This document shows, in pieces, positions 1-15,000 of a stretch of DNA of 64,000 nucleotides. A program made the position numbers and the translations under genes. The notes below the pieces were generated by a model, which was given only the letters and a program-made list of their open reading frames with translations, made no database searches and was not told where the DNA came from. Location of the stretch: contig OZ210884.1 in assembly GCA_964658305.1 (NCBI GenBank), positions 124,001 to 188,000 of the forward strand. Reading direction: 5' to 3'. How positions within the stretch are numbered: position 1 is the stretch's first letter; each line of letters opens with the position of its first letter. This stretch comes from Leptogorgia sarmentosa. Its lineage: Eukaryota.

Positions 1-3000
1 TTAAAATTCCAAACATTAGTCAAAATCATGATCATTTTCGACACATTTTCCAACTTGGTATGAACAAATCAAAATCATTATTATCAATGTAAACACACTC
101 TGCAACATCGCTAGAGTGTGATTTTTTGCATTTGAAGAGTTTTAAAATTTCAAACGTTAGTCAAAATCATGATCATTTTTGACACATTTTCCAACTTGGT
201 ATGAACAAATCAAAATCATTGTTATCAATGTAAACACGCTCTGCAACATCGCTAGAGTGTGATTTTTGGCATTTGAAGAGTTTTAAAATTTCAAACTTTA
301 GTCAAATTCATGATCATTTTTGACACATTTTGCAACTTGGTATGAACAAATCAAAATCATTATTATCAATGTAAACACACTCTGCAGCATCACTGGAGGG
401 AGATTTTTAGCATCTGAAGAGTTTTAAAATTTCAAACATTAGTCAAATTCATGATCATTTTTGACACATTTTCCAACTTGGTATGAACAAATCAAAACCA
501 TTATTATCAATGTAAACACACTCTGCAGCATCACTGGAGGGAGATTTTTAGCATCTGAAGAGTTTTAAAATTTCAAACATTAGTCAAATTCATGATCATT
601 TTTGACACATTTTCCAACTTGGTATGAACAAATCAAACTCATTATTATCAATGTAAACACACTCTGCAGCATCACTGGAGGGAGATTTTTAGCATCTGAA
701 GAGTTTTAAAATTTCAAACTTTAGTCAAATTCATGATCATTTTTGACACATTTTCCAACTTGGTATGAACAAATCAAAATCATTATTATCAATGTAAACA
801 CACTCTGCAGCATCACTGGAGGGAGATTTTTAGCATCTGAAGTGTTTTAAAATTTCAAACATTAGTCAAAATCATGATCATTTTTGACACATTTTCCAAC
901 TTGGTATGAACAAATCAAAATCATTATTATCAATGTAAACACACTCTGCAGCATCACTGGAGGGAGATTTTTAGCATCTGAAGAGTTTTAAAATTTCAAA
1001 CATTTGTCAAATTCATGATCATTTTTGACACATTTTCCAACTTGGTATGAACAAATCAAAATCATTATTATCAATGTAAACACACTCTGCAACATCGCTA
1101 GAGTGTGATTTTTTGCATTTGAAGAGTTTTAAAATTTCAAACTTTAGTCAAAATCATGATCATTTTCGACACATTTTCCAACTTCGTATGAACAAATCAA
1201 AATCATTATTATCAATGTAAACACACTCTGCAGCATCACTGGAGGGAGATTTTTAGCATCAGAAGAGTTTTAAAGTTTCAAACATTAGTCAAAATCATGA
1301 TCATTTTCGACACATTTTCCAACTTCGTACGAACAAATCAAAATCCTTTTTATCAATGTAAACACGCTCTGCAACATCGCTAGAGTGTGATTTTTGACAT
1401 TTAAAGAGTTTTAAAATTTCAAACTTTAGTCAAATTCATGATCATTTTTGACACATTTTCCAACTTGGTATGAACAAATCAAAATCATTATTATCAATGT
1501 AAACACACTCTGCAGCATCAATGAAGGGAGATTTTTAGCATCTGAAGAGTTTTAAAATTTCAAACATTAGTCAAAATCATGATCATTTTTGACACATTTT
1601 CCAACTTGGTATGAACAAATCAAAATCATTATTATCAATGTAAACACACTCTGCAACATCGCTAGAGTGTGATTTTTTGCATTTGAAGAGTTTTAAAATT
1701 TCAAACATTAGTCAAAATCATGATCATTTTCGACACATTTTCCAACTTCGTACGAACAAATCAAAATCATTGTTATCAATGTAAACACGCTCTGCAACAT
1801 CGCTAGAGTGTGATTTTTGGCATTTGAAGAGTTTTAAAATTTCAAACTTTAGTCAAATTCATGATCATTTTTGACACATTTTCCAACTTGGTATGAACAA
1901 ATCAAAATCATTATTATCAATGTAAACACACTCTGCAGCATCACTGGAGGGAGATTTTTAGCATCTGAAGAGTTTTAAAATTTTAAACATTAGTCAAAAT
2001 CATGATCATTTTCGACACATTTTCCAACCTTGTATGAACAAATCAAAACCATTATTATCAATGTAAACACACTCTGCAGCATCACTGGAGGGAGATTTTT
2101 AGCATCTGAAGAGTTTTAAAATTTCAAACATTAGTCAAAATCTTGATCATGTTCGACACATTTTCCAACTTCGTACGAACAAATCAAAATCATTGTTATC
2201 AATGTAAACACGCTCTGCAACATCGCTAGAGTGTGATTTTTGGCATTTGAAGAGTTTTAAAATTTCAAACTTTAGTCAAATTCATGATCATTTTTGACAC
2301 ATTTTCCAACTTGGTATGAACAAATCAAAATCATTATTATCAATGTAAACACACTCTGCAGCATCACTGGAGGGAGATTTTTAGCATCTGAAGAGTTTTA
2401 AAATTTCAAAGATTAGTCAAAATCATGATCATTTTCTACACATTTTCCAACTTGGTATGAACAAATCAAAATCATTATTATCAATGTAAACACACTCTGC
2501 AGCATCACTGGAGGGAGATTTTTAGCATCTGAAGAGTTTTAAAATTTCAAACATTAGTCAAAATCATGATCATTTTCGACACATTTTCCAACTTCGTACG
2601 AACAAATCAAAATCATTTTTATCAATGTAAACACACTCTGCAACATCGCTAGAGTGTGATTTTTTGCATTTGAAGAGTTTTAAAATTTCAAACTTTAGTC
2701 AAAATCATGATCATTTTCGACACATTTTCCAACTTCGTACGAACAAATCAAAATCATTATTATCAATGTAAACACACTCTGCAACATCGCTAGTGTGTGA
2801 TTTTTTGCATTTGAAGAGTTTTAAAATTCCAAACTTTAGTCAAAATCATGATCATTTTCGACACATTTTCCAACTTGGTATGAACAAATCAAAATCATTA
2901 TTATCAATGTAAACACACTCTGCAGCATCACTGGAGGGAGATGTTTAGCATCTGAAGAGTTTTAAAATTTCAAACATTAGTCAAAATCATGATCATTTTC

Positions 3001-6000
3001 GACACATTTTCCAACTTGGTATGAACAAGTCAAAATCATTATTATCAATGTAAACACACTCTGCAACATCGCTAGAGTGTGATTTTCCAACTTCGTACGA
3101 ACAAATCAAAATCATTATTATCATTGTAAACACACTCTGCAACATCGCTAGTGTGTGATTTTTTGCATTTGAAGAGTTTTAAAATTTCAAACTTTAGTCA
3201 AAATCATGATCATTTTCGACACATTTTCCAACTTGGTATGAACAAATCAAAATCATTATTATCAATGTAAACACACTCTGCAGCATCACTGGAGGGAGAT
3301 TTTTAGCATCTGAAGAGTTTTAAAATTTCAAATATTAGTCAAAATCATGATCATTTTCGACACATTTTCCAACTTGGTATGAACAAATCAAAATCATTAT
3401 TATCAATGTAAACACGCTCTGCAACATCGCTAGAGTGTGATTTTTGGCATTTGAAGAGTTTTAAAATTTCAAACTTTAGTCAAATTCATGATCATTTTTG
3501 ACACATTTTCCAACTTGGTATGAACAAATCAAAATCATTGTTATCAATGTAAACACGCTCTGCAACATCGCTAGAGTGTGATTTTTGGCATTTGAAGAGT
3601 TTTGAAATTTCAAACTTTAGTCAAATTCATGATCATTTTTGACACATTTTCCAACTTGGTATGAACAAATCAAAATCATTATTATCAATGTAAACACACT
3701 CTGCAGCATCACTGGAGGGAGATTTTTAGCATCTGAAGAGTTTTAAAATTTCAAACATTAGTCAAAATCATGATCATTTTCGACACATTTTCCAACTTCG
3801 TACGAACAAATCAAAATCATTTTTATCAATGTAAACACGCTCTGCAACATCGCTAGAGTGTGATTTTTGGCATTTGAAGAGTTTTGAAATTTCAAACTTT
3901 AGTCAAATTCATGATCATTTTTGACACATTTTCCAACTTGGTATGAACAAATCAAAATCATTATTATCAATGTAAACACGCTCTGCAGCATCACTGGAGG
4001 GAGATTTTTAGCATCTGAAGAGTTTTCAAATTTCAAACATTAGTCAAAATCATGATCATTTTCGACACATTTTCCAACTTGGTATGAACAAATCAAAATC
4101 ATTATTATCAATGTAAACACACTCTGCAACATCGCTAGAGTGTGATTTTTTGCATTTGAAGAGTTTTAAAATTTCAAACTTTAGTCAAAATCATGATCAT
4201 TTTCGACACATTTTCCAACTTCGTACGAACAAATCAAAATCATTGTTATCAATGTAAACACGCTCTGCAACATCGCTAGAGTGTGATTTTTTGCATTTGA
4301 AGAGTTTTAAAATTTCAAACTTTAGTCAAATTCATGATCATTTTGGACACATTTTCCAACTTGGTATGAACAAATCAAAATCATTATTATCAATGTAAAC
4401 ACACTCTGCAGCATCATTGGAGGGAGATTTTTAGCATCTGAAGAGATTTAAAATTTCAAACATTAGTCAAAATCATGATCATTTTCGACACATTTTCCAA
4501 CTTCGTACGAACAAATCAAAATCATTATTATCAATGTAAACACACTCTGCAACATCGCTAGTGTGCGATTTTTTGCATTTGAAGAGTTTTAAAATTTCAA
4601 ACTTTAGTCAAAATCATGATCATTTTCGACACATTTTCCAACTTGGTATGAACAAATCAAAATCATTGTTATCAATGTAAACACACTCTGCAGCATCACT
4701 GGAGGGAGATGTTTAGCATCTGAAGAGTTTTAAAATTTCAAACATTAGTCAAAATCATGATCATTTTCGACACATTTTCCAACTTGGTATGAACAAATCA
4801 AAATCATTATTATCAATGTAAACACACTCTGAAACATCGCTAGAGTGTGATTTTCCAACTTCGTACGAACAAATCAAAATCATTATTATCATTGTAAACA
4901 CACTCTGCAACATCGCTAGTGTGTGATTTTTTGCATTTGAAGAGTTTTAAAATTTCAAACTTTAGTCAAAATCATGATCATTTTCGACACATTTTCCAAC
5001 TTGGTATGAACAAATCAAAATCATTATTATCAATGTAAACACACTCTGCAGCATCACTGGAGGGAGATTTTTAGCATCTGAAGAGTTTTAAAATTTCAAA
5101 CATTAGTCAAAATCATGATCATTTTCGACACATTTTCCAACTTCGTACGAACAAATCAAAATCATTTTTATCAATGTAAACACGCTCTGCAACATCGCTA
5201 GAGTGTGATTTTTGGCATTTGAAGAGTTTTAAAATTTCAAACTTTAGTCAAATTCATGATCATTTTTGACACATTTTCCAACTTGGTATGAACAAATCAA
5301 AATCATTGTTATCAATGTAAACACGCTCTGCAACATCGCTAGAGTGTGATTTTTGGCATTTGAAGAGTTTTGAAATTTCAAACTTTAGTCAAATTCATGA
5401 TCATTTTTGACACATTTTCCAACTTGGTTTGAACAAATCAAAATCATTATTATCAATGTAAACACACTCTGCAGCATCACTGGAGGGAGATTTTTAGCAT
5501 CTGAAGAGTTTTAAAATTTCAAACATTAGTCAAAATCATGATCATTTTCGACACATTTTCCAACTTCGTACGAACAAATCAAAATCATTTTTATCAATGT
5601 AAACACGCTCCGCAACATCGCTAGAGTGTGATTTTTGGCATTTGAAGAGTTTTAAAATTTCAAACTTTAGTCAAATTCATGATCATTTTTGACACATTTT
5701 CCAACTTGGTATGAACAAATCAAAATCATTATTATCAATGTAAACACACTCTGCAGCATCATTGGAGGGAGATTTTTAGCATCTGAAGAGTTTTAAAATT
5801 TCAAACATTAGTCAAAATCATGATCATTTTCGACACATTTTCCAACTTGGTATGAACAAATCAAAATCATTATTATCAATGTAAACACACTCTGCAACAT
5901 CGCTAGAGTGTGATTTTTTCATTTGAAGAGTTTTAAAATTTCAAACTTTAGTCAAAATCATGATCATTTTCGACACATTTTCCAACTTCGTACGAACAAA

Positions 6001-9000
6001 TCAAAATCATTGTTATCAATGTAAACACGCTCTGCAACATCGCTAGAGTGTGATTTTTGGCATTTGAAGAGTTTTAAAATTTCAAACTTTAGTCAAATTC
6101 ATGATCATTTTGGACACATTTTCCAACTTGGTATGAACAAATCAAAATCATTATTATCAATGTAAACACACTCTGCAGCATCACTGGAGGGAGATTTTTA
6201 GCATCTGAAGAGTTTTAAAATTTCAAACATTAGTCAAAATCATGATCATTTTCGACACATTTTCCAACTTGGTATGAACAAATCAAAATCATTATTATCA
6301 ATGTAAACACAATCTGCAACATCGCTAGAGTGTGATTTTTTGCATTTGAAGAGTTTTAAAATTTCAAACATTAGTCAAATTCATGATCATTTTTGGCACA
6401 TTTTCCAACTTGGTATGAACAAATCAAAATCATTATTATCAATGTAAACACACTCTGCAGCATCACTGGAGGGAGATTTTCAGCATCTGAAGAGTTTTAA
6501 AATTTCAAACATTAGTCAAAATCATGATCATTTTCGACACATTTTCCAACTTGGTATGAACAAATCAAAATCATTATAATCAATGTAAACACACTCTGCA
6601 ACATCGCTACAGTGTGATTTTTTGCATTTGAAGAGTTTTAAAATTTCAAACTTTAGTCAAATTCATGATCATTTTTGACACATTTTCCAACTTGGTATGA
6701 ACAAATCAAAATCATTATTATCAATGTAAACACACTCTGCAGCATCACTGGAGGGAGATTTTTAGCATCTGAAGAGTTCTAAAATTTCAAACATTAGTCA
6801 AAATCATGATCATTTTCGACACATTTTCCAACTTGGTATGGACAAATCAAAATCATTATTATCAATGTAAACACACTCTGCAACATCGCTAGAGTGTGAT
6901 TTTTTGCATTTGAAGAGTTTTAAAATTTCAAACTTTAGTCAAAATCATGATCATTTTCGACACATTTTCCAACTTCGTACGAACAAATCAAAATCATTGT
7001 TATCAATGTAAACACGCTCTGCAACATCGCTAGAGTGTGATTTTTGGCATTTGAAGAGTTTTAAAATTTCAAACTTTAGTCAAATTCATGATCATTTTTG
7101 ACACATTTTCCAACTTGGTATGAACAAATCAAAATCATTATTATCAATGTAAACACACTCTGCAGCATCACTGGAGGGAGATTTTGTGCATCTGAAGAGT
7201 TTTAAAATTTCAAACATTAGTCAAAATCATGATCATTTTCGACACATTTTCCAACTTGGTATGAACACATCAAAATCATTATTATCAATGTAAACACACT
7301 CTGCAACATCGCTAGAGTGTGATTTTTTGCATTTGAAGAGTTTTAAAATTTCAAACTTTAGTCAAAATCATGATCATTTTCGACACATTTTCCAACTACG
7401 TACGAACAAATCAAAATCATTGTTATCAATGTAAACACGCTCTGCAACATCGCTAGAGTGTGATTTTTGGCATTTGAAGAGTTTTAAAATTTCAAACTTT
7501 AGTCAAATTCATGATCATTTTTGACACATTTTCCAACTTGGTATGAACAAATCAAAATCATTATTATCAATGTAAACACACTCTGCAGCATCACTGGAGG
7601 GAGATTTTTAGCATCTGAAGAGTTTTAAAATTTCAAACATTAGTCAAATTCATGATCATTTTTGACACATTTTCCAACTTGGTATGAACAAATCAAAATC
7701 ATTATTATCAATGTAAACACACTCTGCAACATCGCTAGAGTGTGATTTTTTGCATTTGAAGAGTTTTAAAATTTCAAACATTAGTCAAAATCATGATCAT
7801 TTTCGACACATTTTCCAACTTGGTATGAACAAATCAAAATCATTATTATCAATGTAAACACACTCTGCAGCATCACTGGAGGGAGATTTTTAGCATCTGA
7901 AGAGTTTTAAAATTTCAAACATTAGTCAAAATCATGATCATTTTCGACACATTTTCCAACTTCGTACGAACAAATCAAAATCATTGTTATCAATGTAAAC
8001 ACGCTCTGCAACATCGCTAGAGTGTGATTTTTTGCATTTGAAGAGTTTTAAAATTTCAAACTTTAGTCAAATTCATGATCATTTTTGACACATTTTCCAA
8101 CTTGGTATGAACAAATCAAAATCATTATTATCACTGTAAACACAATCTGCAACATCGCTAGAGTGTGATTTTTTGCATTTGAAGAGTTTTAAAATTTCAA
8201 ATTTTAGTCAAATTCATGATCATTTTTGACACATTTTCCAACTTGGTATGAACAAATCAAAATCATTATTATCAATGTAAACACACTCTGCAGCATCACT
8301 GGAGGGAGATTTTTAGCATCTGAAGAGTTTTAAAATTTCAAACATTAGTCAAAATCATGATCATTTTCGACACATTTTCCAACTTGGTATGAACAAATCA
8401 AAATCATTATTATCAATGTAAACACACTCTGCAACATCGCTAGAGTGTGATTTTTTGCATTTGAAAAGTTTTAAAATTTCAAACTTTAGTCAAAATCATG
8501 ATCATTTTCGACACATTTTCCAACTTCGTACGAACAAATCAAAATCATTGTTATCAATGTAAACACGCTCTGCAACATCGCTAGAGTGTGATTTTTGGCA
8601 TTTGAAGAGTTTTAAAATTTCAAACTTTAGTCAAATTCATGATCATTTTTGACACATTTTCCAACTTGGTATAAACAAATCAAAATCATTATTATCAATG
8701 TAAACACACTCTGCAACATCGCTAGAGTGTGATTTTTTGCATTTGAAGAGTTTTAAAATTTCAAACTTTAGTCAAATTCATGATCATTTTTGACACATTT
8801 TCCAACTTGGTATGAACAAATCAAAGTCATTATTATCAATGTAAACACACTCTGCAGCATCACTGGAGGGAGATTTTTAGCATCTGAAGCGTTTTAAAAT
8901 TTCAAACATTAGTCAAAATCATGATCATTTTCGACACATTTTCCAACTTCGTACGAACAAATCAAAATCATTGTTATCAATGTAAACACGCTCTGCAACA

Positions 9001-12000
9001 TCGCTAGAGTGTGATTTTTGGCATTTGAAGAGTTTTAAAATTTCAAACTTTAGTCAAATTCATGATCATTTTTGACACATTTTCCAACTTGGTATGAACA
9101 AATCAAAATCATTATTATCAATGTAAACACATTCTGCAACATCGCTAGAGTGTGATTTTTTGCATTTGAAGAGTTTTAAAATTTCAAATTTAGTCAAATT
9201 CATGATCATTTTTCACACATTTTCCAACTTGGTATGAACAAATCAAAATCGTTATTATCAATGTAAACACACTCTGCAACATCGCTAGAGTGTGATTTTT
9301 TGCATTTGAAGAGTTTTAAAATTTCAAACATTAGTCAAAATCATGATCATTTTCGACACATTTTCCAACTTGGTATGAACAAATCAAAATCATTATTATC
9401 AATGTAAACACACTCTGCAACATCGCTAGAGTGTGATTTTTTGCATTTGAAGAGTTTTAAAATTTCAAACATTAGTCAAAATCATGATCATTTTCGACAC
9501 ATTTTCCAACTTGGTATGAACAAATCAAAATCATTATTATCAATGTAAACGCACTCTGCAGCATCACTGGAGGGAGATTTTTAGCATCTGAAGAGTTTTA
9601 AAATTTCAAACATTAGTCAAAATCATGATCATTTTCGACACATTTTCCAACTTGGTATGAACAAATCAAAATCATTATTATCAATGTAAACACACTCTGC
9701 AACATCGCTAGAGTGTGATTTTTTGCATTTGAAGAGTTTTAAAATTTGCAAACTTTAGTCAAATTCATGATCATTTTTGACACATTTTCCAACTTGGTAT
9801 GAACAAATCAAAGTCATTATTATCAATGTAAACACACTCTGCAGCATCACTGGAGGGAGATTTTTAGCATCTGAAGAGTTTTAAAATTTCAAATATTAGT
9901 CAAAATCATGATCATTTTCGACACATTTTCCAACTTGGTATGAACAAATCAAAATCATTATTATCAATGTAAACACACTCTGCAACATCGCTAGAGTGTG
10001 ATTTTTTGCATTTGAAGAGTTTTAAAATTTCAAACATTAGTCAAAATCATGATCATTTTCGACACATTTTCCAACTTGGTATGAACAAATCAAAATCATT
10101 ATTATCAATGTCAACACACTCTGCAGCATCACTGGAGGGAGATTTTTAGCATCTGAAGAGTTTTAAAATTTCAAACCTTTGTCAAAATCATGATCATTTT
10201 CGACACATTTTCCAACTTGGTATGAACAAATCAAAATCATTATTATCAATGTAAACACACTCTGCAACATCGCTAGAGTGTGATTTTTTGCATTTGAAGA
10301 GTTTTAAAATTTCAAACATTAGTCAAAATCATGATCATTTTCGACACATTTTCCAACTTGGTATGAACAAATCAAAATCATTATTATCAATGTAAACACA
10401 CTCTGCAGCATCACTGGAGGGAGATTTTTAGCATCTGAAGAGTTTTAAAATTTCAAACATTAGTCAAGATCATGATCATTTTCGACACATTTTCCAACTT
10501 GGTATGAACAAATCAAAATCATTATTATCAATGTAAACACACTCTGCAGCATCACTGGAGGGAGATTTTTAGCATCTGAAGAGTTTTAAAATTTCAAACA
10601 TTAGTCAAAATCATGATCATTTTCGACACATTTTCCAACTTCGTACGAACAAATCAAAATCATTGTTATCAATGTAAACACGCTCTGCAACATCGCTAGA
10701 GTGTGATTTTTGGCATTTGAAGAGTTTTAAAATTTCAAACTTTAGTCAAAATCATGATCATTTTTGACACATTTTCCAACTTGGTATGAACAAATCAAAA
10801 TCATTATTATCAATGTAAACACACTCTGCAACATCGCTTAAGTGTGTTTTTTTGCATTTGAAGAGTTTTAAAATTTCAAACTTTAGTCAAATTCATGATC
10901 ATTTTTGACACATTTTCCAACTTGGTATGAACAAATCAAAATCATTATTATCAATGTAAACACACTCTGCAGCATCACTGGAGGGAGATTTTTAGCATCT
11001 GAAGAGTTTTAAAATTTCAAACATTAATCAAAATCATGATCATTTTCGACACATTTTCCAACTTGGTATGAACAAATCAAAATCATTATTATCAATGTAA
11101 ACACACTCTGCAACATCGCTAGAGTGTGATTTTTTGCATTTGAAGAGTTTTAAAATTTCAAACTTTAGTCAAAATCATGATCCTTTTCGACACATTTTCC
11201 AACTTCGTACGAACAAATCAAAATCATTGTTATGAATGTAAACACGCTCTGCAACATCGCTAGAGTGTGATTTTTGGCATTTGAAGAGTTTTAAAATTTC
11301 AAACTTTAGTCAAATTCATGATCATTTTTGACACATTTTCCAACTTGGTATGAACAAATCAAAATCATTGTTATCAATGTAAAAACGCTCTGCAAGATCG
11401 CTAGAGTGTGATTTTTGGCATTTGAAGAGTTTTAAAATTTCAAACTTTAGTCAAATTCATGATCATTTTTGACACATTTTCCAACTTCGTACGAACAAAT
11501 CAAAATCATTGTTATCAATGTAAACACGCTCTGCAACATCGCTAGAGTGTGATTTTTGGCATTTGAAGAGTTTTAAAATTTCAAACTTTAGTCAAATTCA
11601 TGATCATTTTTGACACATTTTCCAACTTGGTATGAACAAATCAAAATCATTATTATCAATGTAAACACACTCTGCAACATCGCTAGAGTGTGTTTTTTTG
11701 CATTTGAAGAGTTTTAAAATTTCAAACTTTAGTCAAATTCATGATCATTTTTGACACATTTTCCAACTTGGTATGAACAAATCAAAATCATTATTATCAA
11801 TGTAAACACACTCTGCAGCATCACTGGAGGGAGATTTTTAGCATCTGAAGAGTTTTAAAATTTCAAACATTAATCAAAATCATGATCATTTTCGACACAT
11901 TTTCCAACTTGGTATGAACAAATCAAAATCATTATTATCAATGTAAACACACTCTGCAACATCGCTAGAGTGTGATTTTTTGCTTTTGAAGAGTTTTAAA

Positions 12001-15000
12001 ATTTCAAACTTTAGTCAAAATCATGATCCTTTTCGACACATTTTCCAACTTCGTACGAACAAATCAAAATCATTGTTATGAATGTAAACACGCTCTGCAA
12101 CATCGCTAGAGTGTGATTTTTGGCATTTGAAGAGTTTTAAAATTTCAAACTTTAGTCAAATTCATGATCATTTTTGACACATTTTCCAACTTGGTATGAA
12201 CAAATCAAAATCATTGTTATCAATGTAAACACGCTCTGCAACATCGCTAGAGTGTGATTTTTTTGCATTTGAAGAGTTTTAAAATTTCAAACTTTAGTCA
12301 AATTCATGATCATTTTTGACACATTTTCCAACTTCGTACGAACAAATCAAAATCATTGTTATCAATGTAAACACGCTCTGCAACATCGCTAGAGTGTGAT
12401 TTTTGGCATTTGAAGAGTTTTAAAATTTCAAACTTTAGTCAAATTCATGATCATTTTTGACACATTTTCCAACTTGGTATGAACAAATCAAAATCATTAT
12501 TATCAATGTAAACACACTCTTGCAGCATCACTGGAGGGAGATTTTTAGCATCTGAAGAGTTTTAAAATTTCAAACATTAGTCAAATTCATGATCATTTTT
12601 GACACATTTCCCAAATTGGTATGAACAAATCAAAATCATTATTATCAATGTAAACACACTCTGCAACATCGCTAGAGTGTGATTTTTTGCATTTGAAGAG
12701 TTTTAAAATTTCAAACTTTAGTCAAATTCATGATCATTTTTGACACATTTTCCAACTTGGTATGAACAAATCAAAATCATTATTATCAATGTAAACACAC
12801 TCTCCAACATCGCTAGAGTGTGATTTTTTGCATTTGAAGAGTTTTAAAATTTCAAACTCTAGTCAAATTCATGATCATTTTGACACATTTTCCAACTTGG
12901 TATGAACAAATCAAAATCATTATTATCAATGTAAACACAATCTGCAACATCGCTAGAGTGTGATTTTTACATTTGAAGAGTTTTAAAATTTCAAACTTTA
13001 GTCAAATTCATGATCATTTTTGACAGATTTTCCAACTTGGTATGAACAAATCAAAATCATTATTATCAATTCAAACACACTCTGCAGCATCACTGGAGGG
13101 AGATTTTTAGCATCTGAAGAGTTTTAAAATTTCAAACATTAGTCAAAATCATGATCATTTTTGACACATTTTCCAACTTGGTATGAACAAATCAAAATCA
13201 TTATTATCAATGTAAACACACTCTGCAGCTTCACTGGAGGGAGATTTTTAGCATCTGAAGAGTTTTAAAATTTCAAACATTAGTCAAATTCATGATCATT
13301 TTTGACACATTTCCCAAATTGGTATGAACAAATCAAAATCATTATTATCAATGTAAACACACTCTGCAACATCGCTAGAGTGTGATTTTTTGCATTTGAA
13401 GAGTTTTAAAATTTCAAACTTTAGTCAAATTCATGATCATTTTTGACACATTTTCCAACTTGGTATGAACAAATCAAAATCATTATTATCAATGTAAACA
13501 CACTCTCCAACATCGCTAGAGTGTGATTTTTTGCATTTGAAGAGTTTTAAAATTTCAAACTCTAGTCAAATTCATGATCATTTTGACACATTTTCCAACT
13601 TGGTATGAACAAATCAAAATCATTATTATCAATGTAAACACAATCTGCAACATCGCTAGAGTGTGATTTTTACATTTGAAGAGTTTTAAAATTTCAAACT
13701 TTAGTCAAATTCATGATCATTTTTGACAGATTTTCCAACTTGGTATGAACAAATCAAAATCATTATTATCAATTCAAACACACTCTGCAGCATCACTGGA
13801 GGGAGATTTTTAGCATCTGAAGAGTTTTAAAATTTCAAACATTAGTCAAATTCATGATCATTTTTGACACATTTTCCAACTTGGTATGAACAAATCAAAA
13901 TCATTATTATCAATGTAAACACACTCTGCAACATCGCTAGAGTGTGATTTTTTGCATTTGAAGAGTTTTAAAATTTCAAACTTTAGTCAAATTCATGATC
14001 ATTTTTGACACATTTTCCAACTTGGTATGAACAAATAAAAATCATTATTATCAATGTAAACACACTCTCCAACATCGCTAGAGTGTGATTTTTTGCATTT
14101 GAAGAGTTTTAAAATTTCAAACTTTAGTCAAATTCATGATCATTTTTGACACATTTTCCAACTTGGTATGAACAAATCAAAATCATTATTATCAATGTAA
14201 ACACAATCTGCAACATCGCTAGAGTGTGATTTTTTGCATTTGAAGAGTTTTAAAATTTCAAACTTTAGTCAAATTCATGATCATTTTTGACACATTTTCC
14301 AACTTGTTATGAACAAATCAAAATCATTATTATCAATGTAAACACACTCTGCAGCATCACTGGAGGGAGATTTTTAGCATCTGAAGAGTTTTAAAATTTC
14401 AAACATTAGTCAAAATCATGATCATTTTCGATACATTTTCCAACTTGGTATGAACAAATCAAAATCATTATTATCAATGTAAACACAATCTGCAACATCG
14501 CTAGAGTGTGATTTTTTGCATTTGAAGAGTTTTAAAATTTCAAACTTTAGTCAAAATCATGATCATTTTCGACACATTTTCCAACTTCGTACGAACAAAT
14601 CAAAATCATTGTTATCAATGTAAAGACGCTCTGCAACATCGCTAGAGTGTGATTTTTGGCATTTGAAGAGTTTTAAAATTTCAAACATTAGTCAAAATCA
14701 TGATCATTTTGGACACATTTTCCAACTTGGTATGAACAAATCAAAATCATTATTATCAATGTAAACACACTCTGCAACATCGCTAGAGTGTGATTTTTTG
14801 CATTTGAAAAGTTTTAAAATTTCAAACTTTAGTCAAATTCATGATCATTTTCGACACATTTTCCAACTTCGTACGAACAAATCAAAATCATTGTTATCAA
14901 TGTAAACACGCTCTGCAACATCGCTAGAGTGTGATTTTTGGCATTTGAAGAGTTTTAAAATTTCAAACTTTAGTCAAATTCATAATCATTTTTGACACAT

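Noticed and set aside
1324..1340. CENP-B box in the TTCGTACGAAC variant
   Set aside because: It matches TTCGNNNNA but lacks the required CGGG.
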